A DNA stretch of 64,000 bases from Heterodontus francisci (GCF_036365525.1 NC_090371.1:36253387-36317386); one strand, 5' to 3'. Shown: positions 35,846 through 50,310, numbered from the stretch's first letter. The notes: generated by a model not told the origin, from the sequence alone. Made by a program: numbers and translations.

Positions 35846-37339
35846 CTAATATCTTCTTGTATGGCTTGGTGTCAAATTTTGCTCTCTAAGGATCATGTGA
35901 AGCAGCAGCAACAGCAGCTGTGGATCAGTTCTCCAACTGTTCAAAGTTAGAGCCTGCATTAAAATCAATGCACTAATCGACAATCTTGTGTCACATTAAA
36001 CTAAAAAGGGAAAAATGTAAACTCCGGAAATCTGAAATAAAAATAGGAAATGCACAGCAGATCCACTGGCATCCGTGAAGATAATAGACATGCTCTGAGG
36101 GTTCAGATCTTCGATCAGTCTTGAACTTTGTGCACTTTCAGACTGTTTTGGTGTGTGAGGGAGAATTTAGATCTTTAACTATTTAGCTCGTTTCAAATAA
36201 CTTCCATGTAGGTGAAGAAATAATGATGTTTTAATATTATGTTAGTGCTTTTCCTTGCTGTCATTCTGGTTTTTGTGTCATTGTTAAGTATGGTTTACTA
36301 TTCTATATTTTTGTTTACATTTATTCCAGGTAATTAACAAATAAAATGCATCACCGGATCAACATGCGGGGAGAGGACTGGAATGTTATCTTGAACTTTT
36401 TTGTACTTTTGAAAGTTGCAGTCAGAACTTTATATCATTGAACTCAGCCTTATCTACGTTTTGCCCTGCTATATCATTGCCGCTCTTTTTCTTTTGGTTT
36501 TGGAAACTAGGATGAAACTTGCACTTAGAGTGTACATATCCATGAGCCATTCTTAGCATAATTAAAGGTGTTCAGGACTTCAACCTTTGCTTCTCCCAGG
36601 AAATTATGTGGCTGCAGGGGTGAGTGGGAGGTTTGGGGTGGGGTGGGGGGGGGAGGGGTTGCTACAAAGAGGTGTTTAACCATGATGGTTTGGCTATCAT
36701 GATGTGTGGGGCAGGCTTGATGGGCCAACTGGACTTTTCCTGCCATACATTTTATATGGTCAAAATACACTTCAGGTAAATACTACAATGATGGATGTAA
36801 AACATTGCCTCCCTGCAATGTCTCCCTTGTGTTTACCATTTAGTAATATTGGCGTAGCTTATTCTATTGTTTGCTGTTTGTATCACACAGGAAGTGTGAA
36901 ATGTATACTTTGTGGCTGAGCCAGCAATAATTTTGTGTGTTTTACAATAATGATAATTAAAAAGAAAAAACTATTTCCTGTATGTTATTAAAAAAAAAAA
37001 TCATTTCCAGTTAGATGTCTGGTTAAAAAGCTGACCTCTGGGAATTGTAGGGTAAAATATTGACCTCGTCATTACTTTGAGTAGCTGTAACGTTTTACAA
37101 AACCTCACTACATACATTGAATATAATCCAACATTAGAATTGAAATTGGTGCAGAACAGCCGATGCACTCAAACTGCATGCCCATGACACAACTTTGGCC
37201 CCCAAATTGGTGCCCATGGTGAATTAAAATAAAATAGGTGTTGCATATTAATGGGTGTCTTTCCTAATGGGGCATCTATATCAGTGTTTCTGAAGCATCC
37301 TGCACTTCTTAAAGGGCACTTTGACTGCAGGGAACTATA

Positions 37340-38450
37340 ACTGAAAATTGTGGACAATGGCAGGGACAACAAACAGTGCATTGCGCTCCTCCATTTTTCT
37401 GAGGTATTGGTGGAGGAGGTCAGTAAGAGGAGGGACATCTATCTACCAGGAGGCAGGAAGATATCAAGGCAAGCTGCCCGGCATGTGTGGACAGAGGTGG
37501 CAAAGTGTATCACTGCCAGAAGCATCAGGATATGACTGCAAGATATGGAAAAACTCACTAACCTCACCAGGATAACTAAGGTAATTTTCCTTTTTCTTAT
37601 TCATTCATGGGATGTGAGTGGTGCTGGCAAGGCCAGGATTTATTGCCCATCCCTAATTGCCCTTGAGAAGGTGGTAGTGAGCAGCCTTCTCGAACCACTG
37701 CAATCCATCTGGTGCGGGTACACCTACAGTGCTGTTACAGAGGGAAATCCAGGATTTTGACCCCATGACAGTGAAGGAATGGCGATATAGTTCCAAGTCA
37801 GGATTCTGTGTGGCCTGGAGGGGAACTTGCGGATGGTGTAGTTCCCATGCATCAGCTGCCCTTGTCCTCCAAGGTGATAGAGGTCACAGGTTTGGAAGGT
37901 GCTGTCGAAGGAGCCTTGGTGAGTTGCTGCAATATAGATGGTACATGTTGCTGCCACTGTGCATCAGTGGTGAAGGGAGTGAATGTTTAAGGTGGTAAAT
38001 GGGGTGCTGATCAAGAAGGCAGCTTTGTCTTCTTTCTCTAATTATCTACTGAGCTTTGCACTACCTGTTGCCTAGCAGTCCCACTCTTCCCTCCCTCAAT
38101 TTCCAGCACACTCCTCCAATCACTACCGCACATTTCACTCTACCTCTTTCATCTCCTATTGCACCTGCTACTCTCCTCATTATTATGTTCTTCAGCTCAT
38201 ACACCTCTGTCGTCTTTCACACACCAGAGACACTATTCTACTCTGACATGAAGAGCGTCAAAACTTCTTGCTGCTCTAACGCAGGCACACTATTATTTCT
38301 TGCAGGAAAGGTGTACACAATAACAGGGAGCAGTCAGCCACAGGAGAAGGGCCAGGCTTCATCCATGTGCTGTCCTCACTTGAAGAGCAGGTTGTGGACA
38401 TGGACAGGGGACATCAGGGACATGTCATCTGGTGAGGCAGGAGGACATGT
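37340..38450 (+). pseudogene. Degenerate Myb/SANT-like gene of a PIF/Harbinger-type transposon
   Basis: FSEVLVEEVSKRRD...WTEVAKCI resembles Harbinger Myb-like proteins. Donor at 37581, acceptor near 38306. Stops present, and interrupted by a LINE 3' fragment (37590-38030). Confidence 0.5.
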
Positions 38451-39204
38451 CCTACAGGAATTTTAACCATCTTCCCCTCATTCCAATCTTTTAAATCTCA
38501 CTTTGCACATGATCCATGACAGATTGTAGAAGCAATCCTGATGGCAATAAATGCTAACGTTTCTCTCTTCATTCTATTTCACACCAGCATGGACTCGATG
38601 GGCTGAATGGCCTCCTTGTGCGCCGTAATGACTCTAAGCTTAATACAACCCTAAGACGATAACAGCACTGCAGAAGGGGATGCATCGCTCAACCTTACCC
38701 TTGCAGACATCAGTTCAGAAACTGGAACTGCGTAAAGTTCAGAGAGACCATCTACACATGGAGATGAACACAGCAAGAGTTTGCAGGGGCAAGGGCAGTG
38801 GCAAGGCTGACCGACGAAGTAGCTCACCCGAGGGAGAGCCTGCTGCAGAGGACCCACCATAAATAAGACCTGCACAGAACTTCTAAGTGCAGTGGTCTGC
38901 ATGCCAACGAGCTTGAGCACAGTGTTGAAGAGCATGGAGGACTCTAGCTCCAACTGTCTGCTGTCTTTGTTCACAGTATCGGCTCTTGCAATTGAATAGA
39001 GCGAGTGATCAGCTCTATGAGCATTGTAGGAGGACCCAAATGATACAACCTCTGGTGAGAATTCTGACTGCTGTCAAGTGCCTCCTAGGCACTATTCTTG
39101 GACAAAGCATCAGCGAGGCACATTCTGTCATCTCTTGGTGTGACAGCACACCATCTACTCACCAGTCACTCAGCAAGTGTCCATATTGGTTTAGTCAGTC
39201 AGCT

Positions 39205-39932
39205 TTTTTAAAATTCTTCCATGGGACATGGGCATTGGTGGCAGGCCAGCATTGTTATCCATCCCTAATTGCCCTTAAACTGATGCTAGGCCATTTCTGA
39301 GGGCAGTTAACAGTTTGCACAGGGCGGCACAGTGGCGCAGTGGTTAGCACTGCAGCCTCACAGCTCCAGCGACCCAGGTTCGGTTCTGGGTACTGCCTGT
39401 GCGGAGTTTGTAAATTCTCCCTGTGTCTGCGTGGGTTTCCGCCAGGTGCTCCGGTTTCCTCCCACAGCCAAAGACTTGTAGGTTGATAGGTAAATTGGTC
39501 ATTGTAAATTGCCCCTAGTGTAGGTAGGTGGTAGCAGAATTGGGGGAAGGTGGGGATGTGGTAGGGAATATGGGATTAATGTAGGATTAGTATAAATGGG
39601 TGGTTGATGGTCAGCACAGACTCGGTGGGCCGAAGGGCCTGTTTCAGTGCTGTATCTCTCTATGACTCTAAGAGTCCATGTGGGTCTGGAGTGCCAGACC
39701 AGGTAAGGACAGCAAATTTCCTTCAACTAAAGGGAACCAGATGGGTTTTTCCTGATAACCAATGATAGTTTCATGGCACCATTACTAAAACTAGCTTTCA
39801 ATTCCAGATTTTTATTAATTAAATTAACATTCCACCAGCTGCCATGGTGGGAATTGAACCGTGCCCTGGGGCATTAGCCTGAGCCTCTGGATTACTAGTG
39901 CAGTGACATTACCACCACGCCATCATCTCCCA
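39205..39932 (-). mobile_element. tRNA-Thr-headed SINE sharing head, middle and tail with the single-ORF LINE (HE1 copy nested at 39320-39672)
   Basis: A box at 39912-39922, B box GGTTCAATTCC at 39850-39860. The middle domain joins directly to the tail aagggcaattagggatgg. Confidence 0.8.
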
Positions 39933-39953
39933 CTGCTTGTCGACTGTTCCCGC

Positions 39954-40350
39954 TAAAGGCCTGCTACCCGACCCGAACCCGACGGGACCCGACGATATGT
40001 GTTGGATTCAGGTCGGGTCGGACCCATCTTCCGGGTCCTGTTTTAGGGCTCGGGTCGGGTTGGGCCAAGTGCGGGTCGGGCCAGACACACAGGGTAAGTG
40101 CTCTGCTGATAAGTATTGAAATTAAAAAACCTACCTGAGCTGGGAGTCTAGGACGAAACTGAATCTGCACAGTGAGCGAGTAACGTCACAATGACGTCAT
40201 CACACATGCGCTGCAGCTTCGTGGAGGTTCCCAGTTGGAAGGTTAAGTAAAAGGATGGTCAGGTCGGGCTCGAGCTGGGTCGGGCTCGGGTCCACTGTGG
40301 TTCGGTCGGTTTCGGGCCAGGTTCTTTTTCCCGACCTGAGCAGGCCTTTA
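39954..40350. mobile_element. hAT-type MITE
   Basis: TIRs TAAAGGCCTGCT / AGCAGGCCTTTA, 8-bp TSD GTTCCCGC / GTTCCTGC, subterminal (ACCCG)n and (CGGGT)n repeats. Confidence 0.85.
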
Positions 40351-43300
40351 GTTCCTGCCATGGTTTGCTGGATGGGTTAAGGAAGTGACATTTCACTGCG
40401 CCAGAAGGCAAGACCCAACAGTCTGTAGCCGGATCCTCAGCAGCCAGAGCTCCTTGAAGTCATCCACCTAGGACAGGGATTAGCAACCTTAATACAAGAT
40501 AAGCCATTTTTGCAATATAGTTAAAAACACAATATCTTAAGAACTGAAATGCTATTATTCAAATGCCAATAATAATAATAAAAAGGACAAAAACACATTT
40601 CAACAACATTGAAAGGTTTTTGCGAAAAAAGTTGTTAATTGAATGATATTCACAAATACAAATTTAATAAGAGTTTGAAAAGACGAAACAAGCCATTTAA
40701 TTACCATCAAAATGGGTTCAATCGATCAAGATTGGGAGCGGCACATGAGTCTTTAATGAGCCACAGGCAGCTCCAGAGCTGTAGGTTGCAGAACCCTGAC
40801 CTCGGACATCTCAAGTGCCTAGGGCAGAAGTTCAGCAGCCTCCCAAGCTGGAAACAGTAGGGAACCACCTTGTAGGAGCTCTAGAATAGGTAACTGAGCA
40901 CTCTAGACAGGGACTAGGGGTTTGCATCAGGATGATTTGTAGAAATGCAGTAGTCATGGAACAATTTGTCCATTTGTGGAGGCATTTGAAGTAGTGAGGT
41001 AAAATGTTGATTTTGGTATAGCTATTGGTCTTTATAATCTTAGTGACAAAGTTTACATTTTGAGGCCATTGATATGATTGGTGTGAGAACTGGGTCAGGT
41101 AAAAAGAGGGATTTTTGCCGCATAAATGTTTACAGCCTCAGTGGCATTTCCCTGCCAGACTCTGGGCTCCAGTTTAAGCTCCCACAGGTGGTTTAAACAT
41201 GATGCCCTGTTCCTGAATACCCACATGCTATAATGCCTCCTGCCCCCTTGCCTCCTTCACCCTCTTCTTGCAGCCTGTACAGGTCTTTGCTGCCTTCCTT
41301 GCTGTTGCTCCTTCTCCTGATTTGGGAGCCTCAAGGGTAGGCCCTGCCACATTCCCATGTTCAACAATTGAGAACAAGCAAATCCTGTGAAGCAGATCCT
41401 GCCCTCCACAAACACACTGTGCAAAAGAATCCTGCAGACAAACACCTGCCAAATCTGCCAAAAGCGCCCTTGAAGCTTAGAGTGACTAACCAGAAAATTA
41501 CCTTAATGGAGGTGAGGAGATTATTAACTCCGCTGGTGAAAGCAGCTTGTCGACTGTTCCCGCCATGGTTTGCTGGGTGGGTTAAAGAAGTGACGTTTCA
41601 GGCATGCGTGGACACCACAGCATCATAGAATGGTTACAGCACTGAAGGAGGCCGTTCAGCCTGTCCTATCCATGTCGGGTCTCTGCAAAAACAAATCAGT
41701 TCGTCCCACTCCCCAGCCCTTTCCCAGTAGCCCTGCAAATTTTTTTCTCTTCAGGTGCTTATCCAATTCCCTTTTACAAGCCTCCATCACACTCTCAGGC
41801 ACTGCATTCCAAATCCTAAACACTCGCTCCATAAAAAAGATTTTCTCATGTCATCATTGGTTCTTTTGATATTCGCTCTATGTCGGTGTCCTCTGGTTCT
41901 CGACCCTTCCTCCAATTGGAATAGTTTCTCCCTATCTACTCATGATGTTGAACACCTCTATCAAATCTCCTCTTAACCTTCTCTTCTCTAAGGGGAACAG
42001 CCTCAGCTTCTCCAATCTCTTCACATAACTGAAGTCCCTCACCCTCGGAACCATTCTCGTAAAGCTTTCCTGCACCCTCTCAAAAGCCTTCACAGCCTTC
42101 CTAAAGTGTGGTGCCCAGAATTGGATAGAATACTCCAGTTGAGGCTGAACCAGTGTTCTATAAAAGTTCACATAACTTCCTTACTTTTGTACTTCATGCC
42201 TCTATTTATAAAACCCAAGATACTGTATGGCATTTTAACCAATTTCTCAATGTGCCCTGCTGCCTTCAATGATTTGTGCACATATACCCCCAGGTCTGCC
42301 TGTTCCTGCACCCCCTTTAGAATTGTACCTTTTATTTTATATTGCCTCTTCTCATTCTTCCTACCAAAATGTACCGTTTTACACTTCTCTGCATTAAATT
42401 GTATCAGCCACGTGTTCACCCATTCCACCAGTCTGTCTATGTCCTCCTGAACTCTATCACTATCCTCCTCACAGTTCACAATACTTCCAATTTCTTAAAA
42501 AGGTCCTAATCCAACTGGAGGACTCTTATTAACATAGTTAAATGGTGCCCGCATTTGTTTTAGGGATACCTATCAAGTGCCCAAACGAATCTGGTGTCAG
42601 GTGCCGATTCAGCTTGGAATATTGTACTGCAGAATTCAATTTCATGATGCCCATTTTGGATCTGGAAAATGTACAAAATGCATAGCAACAATAAATTGCC
42701 TTTATATAGTGCCTTTAATTCAGCAAAACATCCCAAGGCACTTCACAGGAGCGTTTCCACCTCACCATCATGAGATCTCAGGCATATGGGCATGAGGGGT
42801 CTGGATGGGTAGATAGAGGGAAACTGATCCCACTCGTGAAAGGATCAAGAATGAGAGGGTACAGATTTATTTGGTAAGAGAAGCAAAAGTGACATGAGGA
42901 AAAACGTTTTCATGCAGCGAGTGGTTAAGGTCTGCCTGAGAGTGTGGTGGAGTCAGGTTCAACTGAAGCATTCAAAAGGGAATTAACTGTTATATGAGAA
43001 GGAAAAATGTTCAGGGTTACGGGGAGAAGGCGGGGGAATGGAACTGAGTAAATTGCTCTTTCAGAGAGCCGGTGTGGACACGTTGGGCCAAATGGCCTCC
43101 TTCTGCAGTGTAACAATTCTGTGATTCTGTGATATGAGGCCTCAGCTTAAGACCTCTTGGAAAATATAGCACTTCTAATAATACAGTTTAATACTGCACT
43201 AATTTCTTGGTTCTGATTATGTACTCAAACCCTAGAATGTGGCTTGAACATTGATCAAATGTCTCGAGGAAAATTGATACCATTAAACCCAACTGACACC

Positions 43301-44439
43301 TAGGTGGAATTTTAGGGAGGATTTAGATTAGATTAGATTAGTGATACAGCACTGAAACAGGCCCTTCAGCCCACCGAGTCTGTGCCGAACATCAACCACC
43401 CATTTATACTAATCCTACACTAATCCCATATTCCCAACAAACATCCCCACCCTGTCCCTATATTTCCCTACCACCTGCCTATACTGGTGACAATTTATAA
43501 TGGCCAATTTACCTATCAACCTGCAAGTCTTTTGGCTTGTGGGAGGAAACCGGAGCACCCGGAGAAAACCCACGCAGACACAGGGAGAACTTGCAAACTC
43601 CACACAGGAAGTATTTGGGGGGGTCAAGGGGGTATTGATTGGGTGGGCTGCTGATCCCATAAGGGAGGTTGGGGGCCTGAATGGGGGGGACGTCAATGTC
43701 CTCGTGGTGGTGTAATTGCAGGCCTGGGAGGAAGGGAAGGGCAATTGGAAGCCTCTGAAATGGTGTGGAGGGGAGGAAATTGCAATCCTGGTTTTGGGGG
43801 AAGAATGGGAGGCTTATGGAGGGAGTCGGAAGCTTTGGACAGGGGTGATGGAAGGCCTCTGGTAGGATCAGAGGCCTCAGGGAAGGTCGCTCGCGGGGTG
43901 CCCAATCATGGCAACTCCACAGGCAGGCACCTAGATCCAGGAGGCAAGTGTGAAGGCTCCTGGATCCACCAAGCCCCCAGCTGTGTTACTCAATGCTCGG
44001 GAAACCCGACCAAAAGCTGTTAAAGTCAAAAACCTGAATGACAATGAAGTTCACCGCCTCAACATCATGTTTAGACATCCACACTTCTTCTGGCCACAGT
44101 AAAAGGCAGAAATGGGTGGGTTGGAGGTGGTTTTGGGTTGGAGAAATAGATTTCTCATACTTCAACCCTTCACCTGACTCAAACCTGCCAATGAATTGTG
44201 TGAGGAATACCTTCTTTAGAAGGTTGTCACAGTGTTGATGTCATTTGACATGGGTGATCTTTAATCATTCAATAAGTTTTCAACTCTATACTTTGTCCTG
44301 AATATGTCCATTTAGAAAAAGAATTGAAATCTTAAGCCTGTTTTTATCTTATGACACTTTGTACTGATGTTACCGAGGGCAAACGAATGACAGAGGCTAA
44401 CCACCTACTACCGCTCACAGATTGAAATCAATACCTGTG

Positions 44440-44915
44440 TACTTGAGGTCATCCAAAACTCTGCTGCCTGTGTCTTAACCCATCACCCCTGTGCTTGCTG
44501 ACCTACATTGGCTGCTGGTCAAGCAACATCTAGATTTTAAAATTCTCATCCTTCTTTTCAAATCCCGCCATGGCCTCACCCCTCCCTATCTCTCTCATCT
44601 CCTCCAGCCCCACAACCCTCCAAGATATCAGCACTCCTCTAATTCTGGCCTCTTGAGCATCCCCAATTTTAATCGCTCCACCATTGGTAGCAGTCCCTTC
44701 GGTTGCCTAGGTTGGAAGCGCTGGAATTCCCTCTCTACACCTCTCTCCCTCTACCTCACATTCCTCCTTTAAGACACTCCTTAAAACCTACCTCTTTGAC
44801 CAAGCTTTTCTGCCCTAATATCTCCTTATGTAGTTCCGTGTCATATTTTGTTTCATAATGCTCCTGTAAAGTGCCTTGGGATGTTTTATTATGTTAAAGG
44901 TACTATATAAATAGA
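44440..44915 (+). mobile_element. L2 LINE 3' fragment
   Basis: ITPVLADLHWL...FKILILLFK...PPYLS...WNSL followed by an L2 tail. Also at 7420-7690. Confidence 0.8.
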
Positions 44916-47545
44916 AGTTTAGTTTACTTTAGTTTAGTTTAGAAGTACAGCACTGAAACAGGCCCTTCGGCCCACCGAGTCTGTGCCGACCATCAACCAC
45001 CCATTTATACTAATCCCATATTCCTACCACATCCCCCCCCTGTCCCTATATTTCCCTACCACCTACCTATACTAGGGGCAATTTATAATGGCCAATTTAC
45101 CTATCAACCTGCAAGTCTTTTGGCTTGTGGGAGGAAACCAGAGCACCCGGAGAAAACCCACGCAGACACAGGGAGAACTTGCAAACTCCACACAGGCAGT
45201 ACCCAGAATTGAACCCGGGTCGCTGGAGCTGTGAAGCTGCGGTGCTAACCACTGCACCACTGTGCCGCCCTGTGCCTTGTTGTTGTTATTTAATATTTGG
45301 GCATTGGCTATTGGTAGTAATGTATTCGCCTAATGCAGTGTGTGCTGAGGAAGTAATTATTGAATTGTTGAGATATGAAAAAATATGTTGGGTGTTTCTT
45401 TTGCACAGAGTAGCAGGTGGCACAGAATCAGCTCCCTGTTGCAGACTGCAGAACACACCTGCTGCCTTGTCTGTGACTGTGGATTTAATGTGGTGAACAC
45501 TATGTAGGGCAAGATTGGAAGACTGCAGTCACTGGTTAGGCTTGCATGTTCTTAGAAATTCAGTCTTGCAATGATATGTAATTGCAACCATTGAAAACAT
45601 CTTATATTAACTGCAAATGGTTAAATAAACTGCAATATTTATGGACTGGTTCAAAAATGCAAAACTTTGTTATTTTATCTGTTTTCGTCATGGTGATCAC
45701 ACTCTCACTTCTGAGTCAAAAGGGTATGGCTTCAAGAACCATTCAAGAGAATTGAGTGCATAACCTAGGCTGATGTTTCAGTGAAGTGCTGAGTGTTGCA
45801 TTGCTGGAGGTGCCATTTTTTGGATGAGATGTTAAACCAAGGCCTTGTCTGTCCTCTCAGGTGGATATAACAGACCCTATGGCACTATTTAATGAGGAGT
45901 GGGGGAGTTCTCCTCAGCGTCCTGGCCAATATTTATCCCTCAACCAACATCATCACTTGAACAGTTCATCTGGTAATTATCATATTATTATTTGCGGGGG
46001 CTCACTGTGTACAAATTGACTGCCACTTTTCCCTACATTACAATAGTGGCTACACTTCAACAAGCACTTAATTGGCCACTCACCAAGGCTCCTTAGACAG
46101 CACCTTCAAGTCACGCGACCTTTACCACTTAGAAGGACAAGGGCAGCAGACGCATGGGAACACCATCACCTGCAAGTTCCCCTCCAAGTCACACACCTTC
46201 CTGACTTTGAACTATATCGCCGTTCCTTCGCTGTCACTGGGTCAATATCGTGGAACTCCCTTCCTAACAGAACTGTGGGTGTAACTACACCACATGGACT
46301 GCAGCGGTTCAAGAAGGCAGCTCACCACCATCTGCTCAAGGGCAATTAGGGATGGGCAGTAAATGCCAGCCTTGTCAGTCAAGCCCACATCCATTTAAAA
46401 ACTCTCATTGGGACAGCTTGAGTTCCTCAAAGGTGCTATAGAAATGCAAGTTCTTTCTTTCAAATGAAACTCCCAAAAATTAATGAATTGAGCAAGAAGG
46501 ACCTATTCTGACTTTGCTGTGTCTAACGACAGCAATGACCATCATTTAAAATCAGAAGCAGGAACAGAGTGAGAGGACACGGATCCGACCTGTATTGTCA
46601 GCTTTATCTCTATAAAGAACTGGGTGGAACTAACATGCCCTTTAACAAATCCGAAAGACCAAACCGTAAAGACACTTGTAATTTTGCATCCGGTCTATAT
46701 GAAAGGGCCTGTGATAAATCATCAATATTTCCTTAACCAGTTTTCGGTTTGCATCATCATTTGTGATATTTTGGGGTTTCCATTGCACAAACTTGGTCAG
46801 AACAATACCAGAGACGCCTCCCATTGAGCAATGCTGTGTTCATGGCCAGACACAAGGTAAGCCCCAACAGATCAGCTTGTACAAGATGTGGGTGTTAACA
46901 GGTTAGGCACAAAAGGCTACAGAAAGGTTTCAAATCGCATTGTCAATAACATGAGGAATAAACATTTCTTGGTCCTTTATTGTAATCTATCAATTTATAA
47001 CCTATAATGTTGTATTCTTGGCCATTCTCCTGTTTAAATAAATACCAGGTTATAAGTACACAATTTCAGTCAACTAGAGACCCAGATACACACAATATGC
47101 ACCTGTTAACTCTTTGTGTCTTTCCAGCCTGGCGGAAATGTTGACCTATATTTCATTCTTGAGTTCTGATGAAGAGATTAGACTCCTAACCCTTAAGCTC
47201 TTTTTTCGCTTAACAGATCCTGACTCACCCGTTGTATATGTCCAGCAATTTCTGTTTTTATTTCAGATTTCCAGTATTTACATCTCATTTGGCTTGTTCA
47301 ATCAAATAAAGTAACTCAGCTGTTAAAAAAAGGCATGCATTTATATAGCTCCTTTCACAACTACAGGACATCCCAAAGGGCTTTACATCCAGTGAATTAC
47401 TTTTGAAGTGTAGTCACTGTTGTAATGCAGGAACACAGCAGCCAATTTGCACACAGCAAGATCCCACAAACAGCAATGTGATAATGAACAGATAATCTGT
47501 TTTTGTGCTGTTGCTTGAGGGTTAAATATTGGCCTGGACATCCAG

Positions 47546-49932
47546 AAAGGTGGGAGACGCAATACTGTATATTTTGCTTCTCGTTCGTTAACTGGAATTG
47601 AACAGAGATACGCAATAATAGAAAAGGAAGCTTTGGCAGCAACTTAGACATGTAAAAAAATTTCAGATTATGTCCGAGATCTTCATTTCAAAATCAAAAC
47701 AGATCATAAACTGTTGGTTATTCTATTAAACTCAAAGGAGCTTGTGAAATTACCTCCAAGAGTACAGAGGTTTCGTTTAAGATTGATGAGATTTGACACA
47801 AAAACTGAATACATTCCAGGGAAACAGCAGATCACAGCAGACGCTTTATCACATCTTCCAACGGCAGGACCACAAAAATGAGAAGTTTTGCTTCTCGAAG
47901 ACATAAAAGTTTTTTTTTTATTCGTTCACGTGATGTGGGCATCGCTGTCTAGGCTGGTATTTATTGCCCATCCCTAATTGCCCTTGAGAAGGTGGTGGTG
48001 ACCCACCTTCTTGAATCGCTGCAGTCTTTGTGGGGTAGGTACACCAACAGTGCTGTTAGGAAGGGAGTTCCAGGATTTTGACCCAGTGACAGTGAAGGAA
48101 TGGTGATATAATTCCAAGTCAGGATGGTGTATGACTTGGAGGGGAACTTGCAGATGGTGGTGTTCCCATGCATCTGCTGCCCTTGTCCTTCTAAGTGGTA
48201 GAGGTCGTGGGTTTGGAAGATGCTGTCTAAGGAGCCTTGGTGCACTGCTGCAGTGCTTTGATGATGACAGCAACTTTACCAGTTACAGCTCAAAAACTGA
48301 GTAAGATCAGGAATGTGGAGAAAACAGACGAATTGTTTGCAAAAATCAGAGAATATTGCTTGAATGGTTAGAGTATATGCCATATTACCCTGTTTGAAGA
48401 CAATATTATGAACATAAACGTCATGTAAGCATTGTTGATGATTACTGATCTACAATGAGCGATTAGTTATCCCTAGAGTATTGAGATTAGATATCTAGGT
48501 GAGATTGCACAAAGGACATTTGGAAATTATGAAGTGTAGAGCCAGGTGACATATTCAGTATGGTAGCCTGGTATATCGAAGGAAATTGAAGAGATGATAT
48601 CGAGATGTATCACGTGTGCTATCAATCGACAGGAGATGAAAGAACCACTCATGTCTTCTTTTTCTTGCCAAAGGTCTGCCATGCTCATATTGAATAGCGG
48701 AGCAGGCTCAATGGGCCATATAGTCTATTCCTGCTCCTATTTCTTGTATTCTTGTGTTTCCGTCCAGACTATGGGAGTGTCTAGGGATGGATCTTTTTGA
48801 ACATAAGAGTAACATGTTCCTAATAGTTGTCGATAATTGTTCAAGGTGGATTGAAGTTAAACAACTACAAGGTCAAAGTGCAGAAGCTGTAATCACAGCC
48901 TTGAGAGAAATATATGCTGCACATGGAATTCCAGATATTGTGATATGTGACAATGGGCCACAATTTGCAAATGAATGTTTCAGAGAGTTTACAGAAATAT
49001 GCAGATTTATCCATATGACTAGCTCACTAAGGTACCCTCAGGCTGATGGTGAAGCAGGGAGAGGTGTACGGACTGTGATTGCATTGTTAAAAAGGAATGA
49101 AGATCTTCAACGAGCACTTTTAAGTTATCAATCAACACCATTTCAGAACGATTTAGCCCCATGTGAATTGTTAATGGAAAGAAGGTTGAAGACCCAGCTT
49201 CCTACACTCCTGAGTACCTTCAAGCCACAAGTAAGTGCAGAAAACTTGGAGAGAGAGGATAGAGAGTGGTCACATCAATCAGAAAAATATGATAGACATC
49301 ACAGAGCAAGAAACATGTCAGACATCTAACCTAGGGAATCAGTTTGGGTTAGAGACCAAAATCGATAAGGAGAAGTGATAGACAAATCACCACGTCCATG
49401 ATCATACATTGTCCAAACTGACCAAGGAATGATAGGAAATAGGTCATTGGTGATGATACCAAAAAAGCAGCAAATACAAGAGGACCAATCATCTCAAGAG
49501 TTTGCTGAATCAATGATGCTGCAATCAGCCATCAACCCAGAGCACAACCTGAATGAATAACTTGAGTCATCCAATAGTTCGACTCAAGCACTGCAAAGTC
49601 AGAAGGAGGAACTAGAAGACTCAAAACCTCAAACCCCTTTTAAAGAAAGAAGAACGCGTTATGGCAGACTTGTGAAAACGCCACAGTGATTATCGATCTG
49701 AAAAGAAAAGTCGGCGACCTGGGGGGAGATGTAGTACAATGTAATATAGAGTTGTTACTGGGCAGAATATATAAATAGACTGTGAGGATTATGATGTAAA
49801 GTAATCTATACAACCTCGCAGAGAGTTGTAGTGGAAGCCTTCGATGCAAGACATGTGTAAATAAACTCCTGTTACTATAACCCTCAGACTCATATATATA
49901 TTCTGTACTAAGTTACCAGAATATGGTACTAA
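47546..49932 (+). mobile_element. Degenerate Gypsy LTR retrotransposon (RNase H, integrase, PPT, 3' LTR)
   Basis: YFASRSLT...RYAIIEKEALA, integrase DLF...DNGPQF...YPQADGEAGR, PPT GGGGGGAGA at 49721-49729, LTR from TGTAGTAC at 49730. LINE 3' fragment inserted at 47910-48256. Confidence 0.85.
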
Positions 49933-50310
49933 GAACTGTGGTTCTAGGAGCAGGGTGGGATAAGGACAACTAATTATATCCAGGCTAGCTGATCTGTATG
50001 ACCTATTTGGGTGTTGTAAATTCTGCATATTTCTGCGGGAAATTGAAATGCTGATAGTCAACCGATTAGAGTGGGTACTTCCTGCTGCAGTGCGGACGAT
50101 AGCTGATCTGATAACCCGTAATGCTTTATCATCGCATTGATCTGCCTTTTCATGCAAATATTTACAAGGTTATGGAGATTAACTGCTCTCCACACAGGGA
50201 CAAGAATGTACTCATTTTAGTTCCATCTGTGCCTTGAATCAACCTCCAAGGTTCTTTATATTACATTGTATTTTAAATCTAGGCATTAGTTTGATTGTTG
50301 GATGTTGGGG

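Noticed and set aside
36300-36960. Acceptor-like ttattccag at ~36329 followed by unique AT-rich sequence (CD8A exon or distal 3' UTR?)
   Set aside because: All three frames stop within five codons and there is no Ig or signal-peptide signature. I found no CD8A exon anywhere in the window.
39320-39400. tRNA-like sequences as tRNA genes
   Set aside because: They are SINE or LINE heads continuous with repeat bodies and lack a complete cloverleaf and terminator.
39960-40320. Short interspaced CGGGT/ACCCG repeats as a CRISPR-like array
   Set aside because: Irregular 5-mers inside a TIR/TSD-bounded MITE in a vertebrate genome.
43610-44200. G-rich segment with a 92-aa ORF
   Set aside because: No recognisable domain or splice pattern. 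Probably a low-complexity repeat interior.
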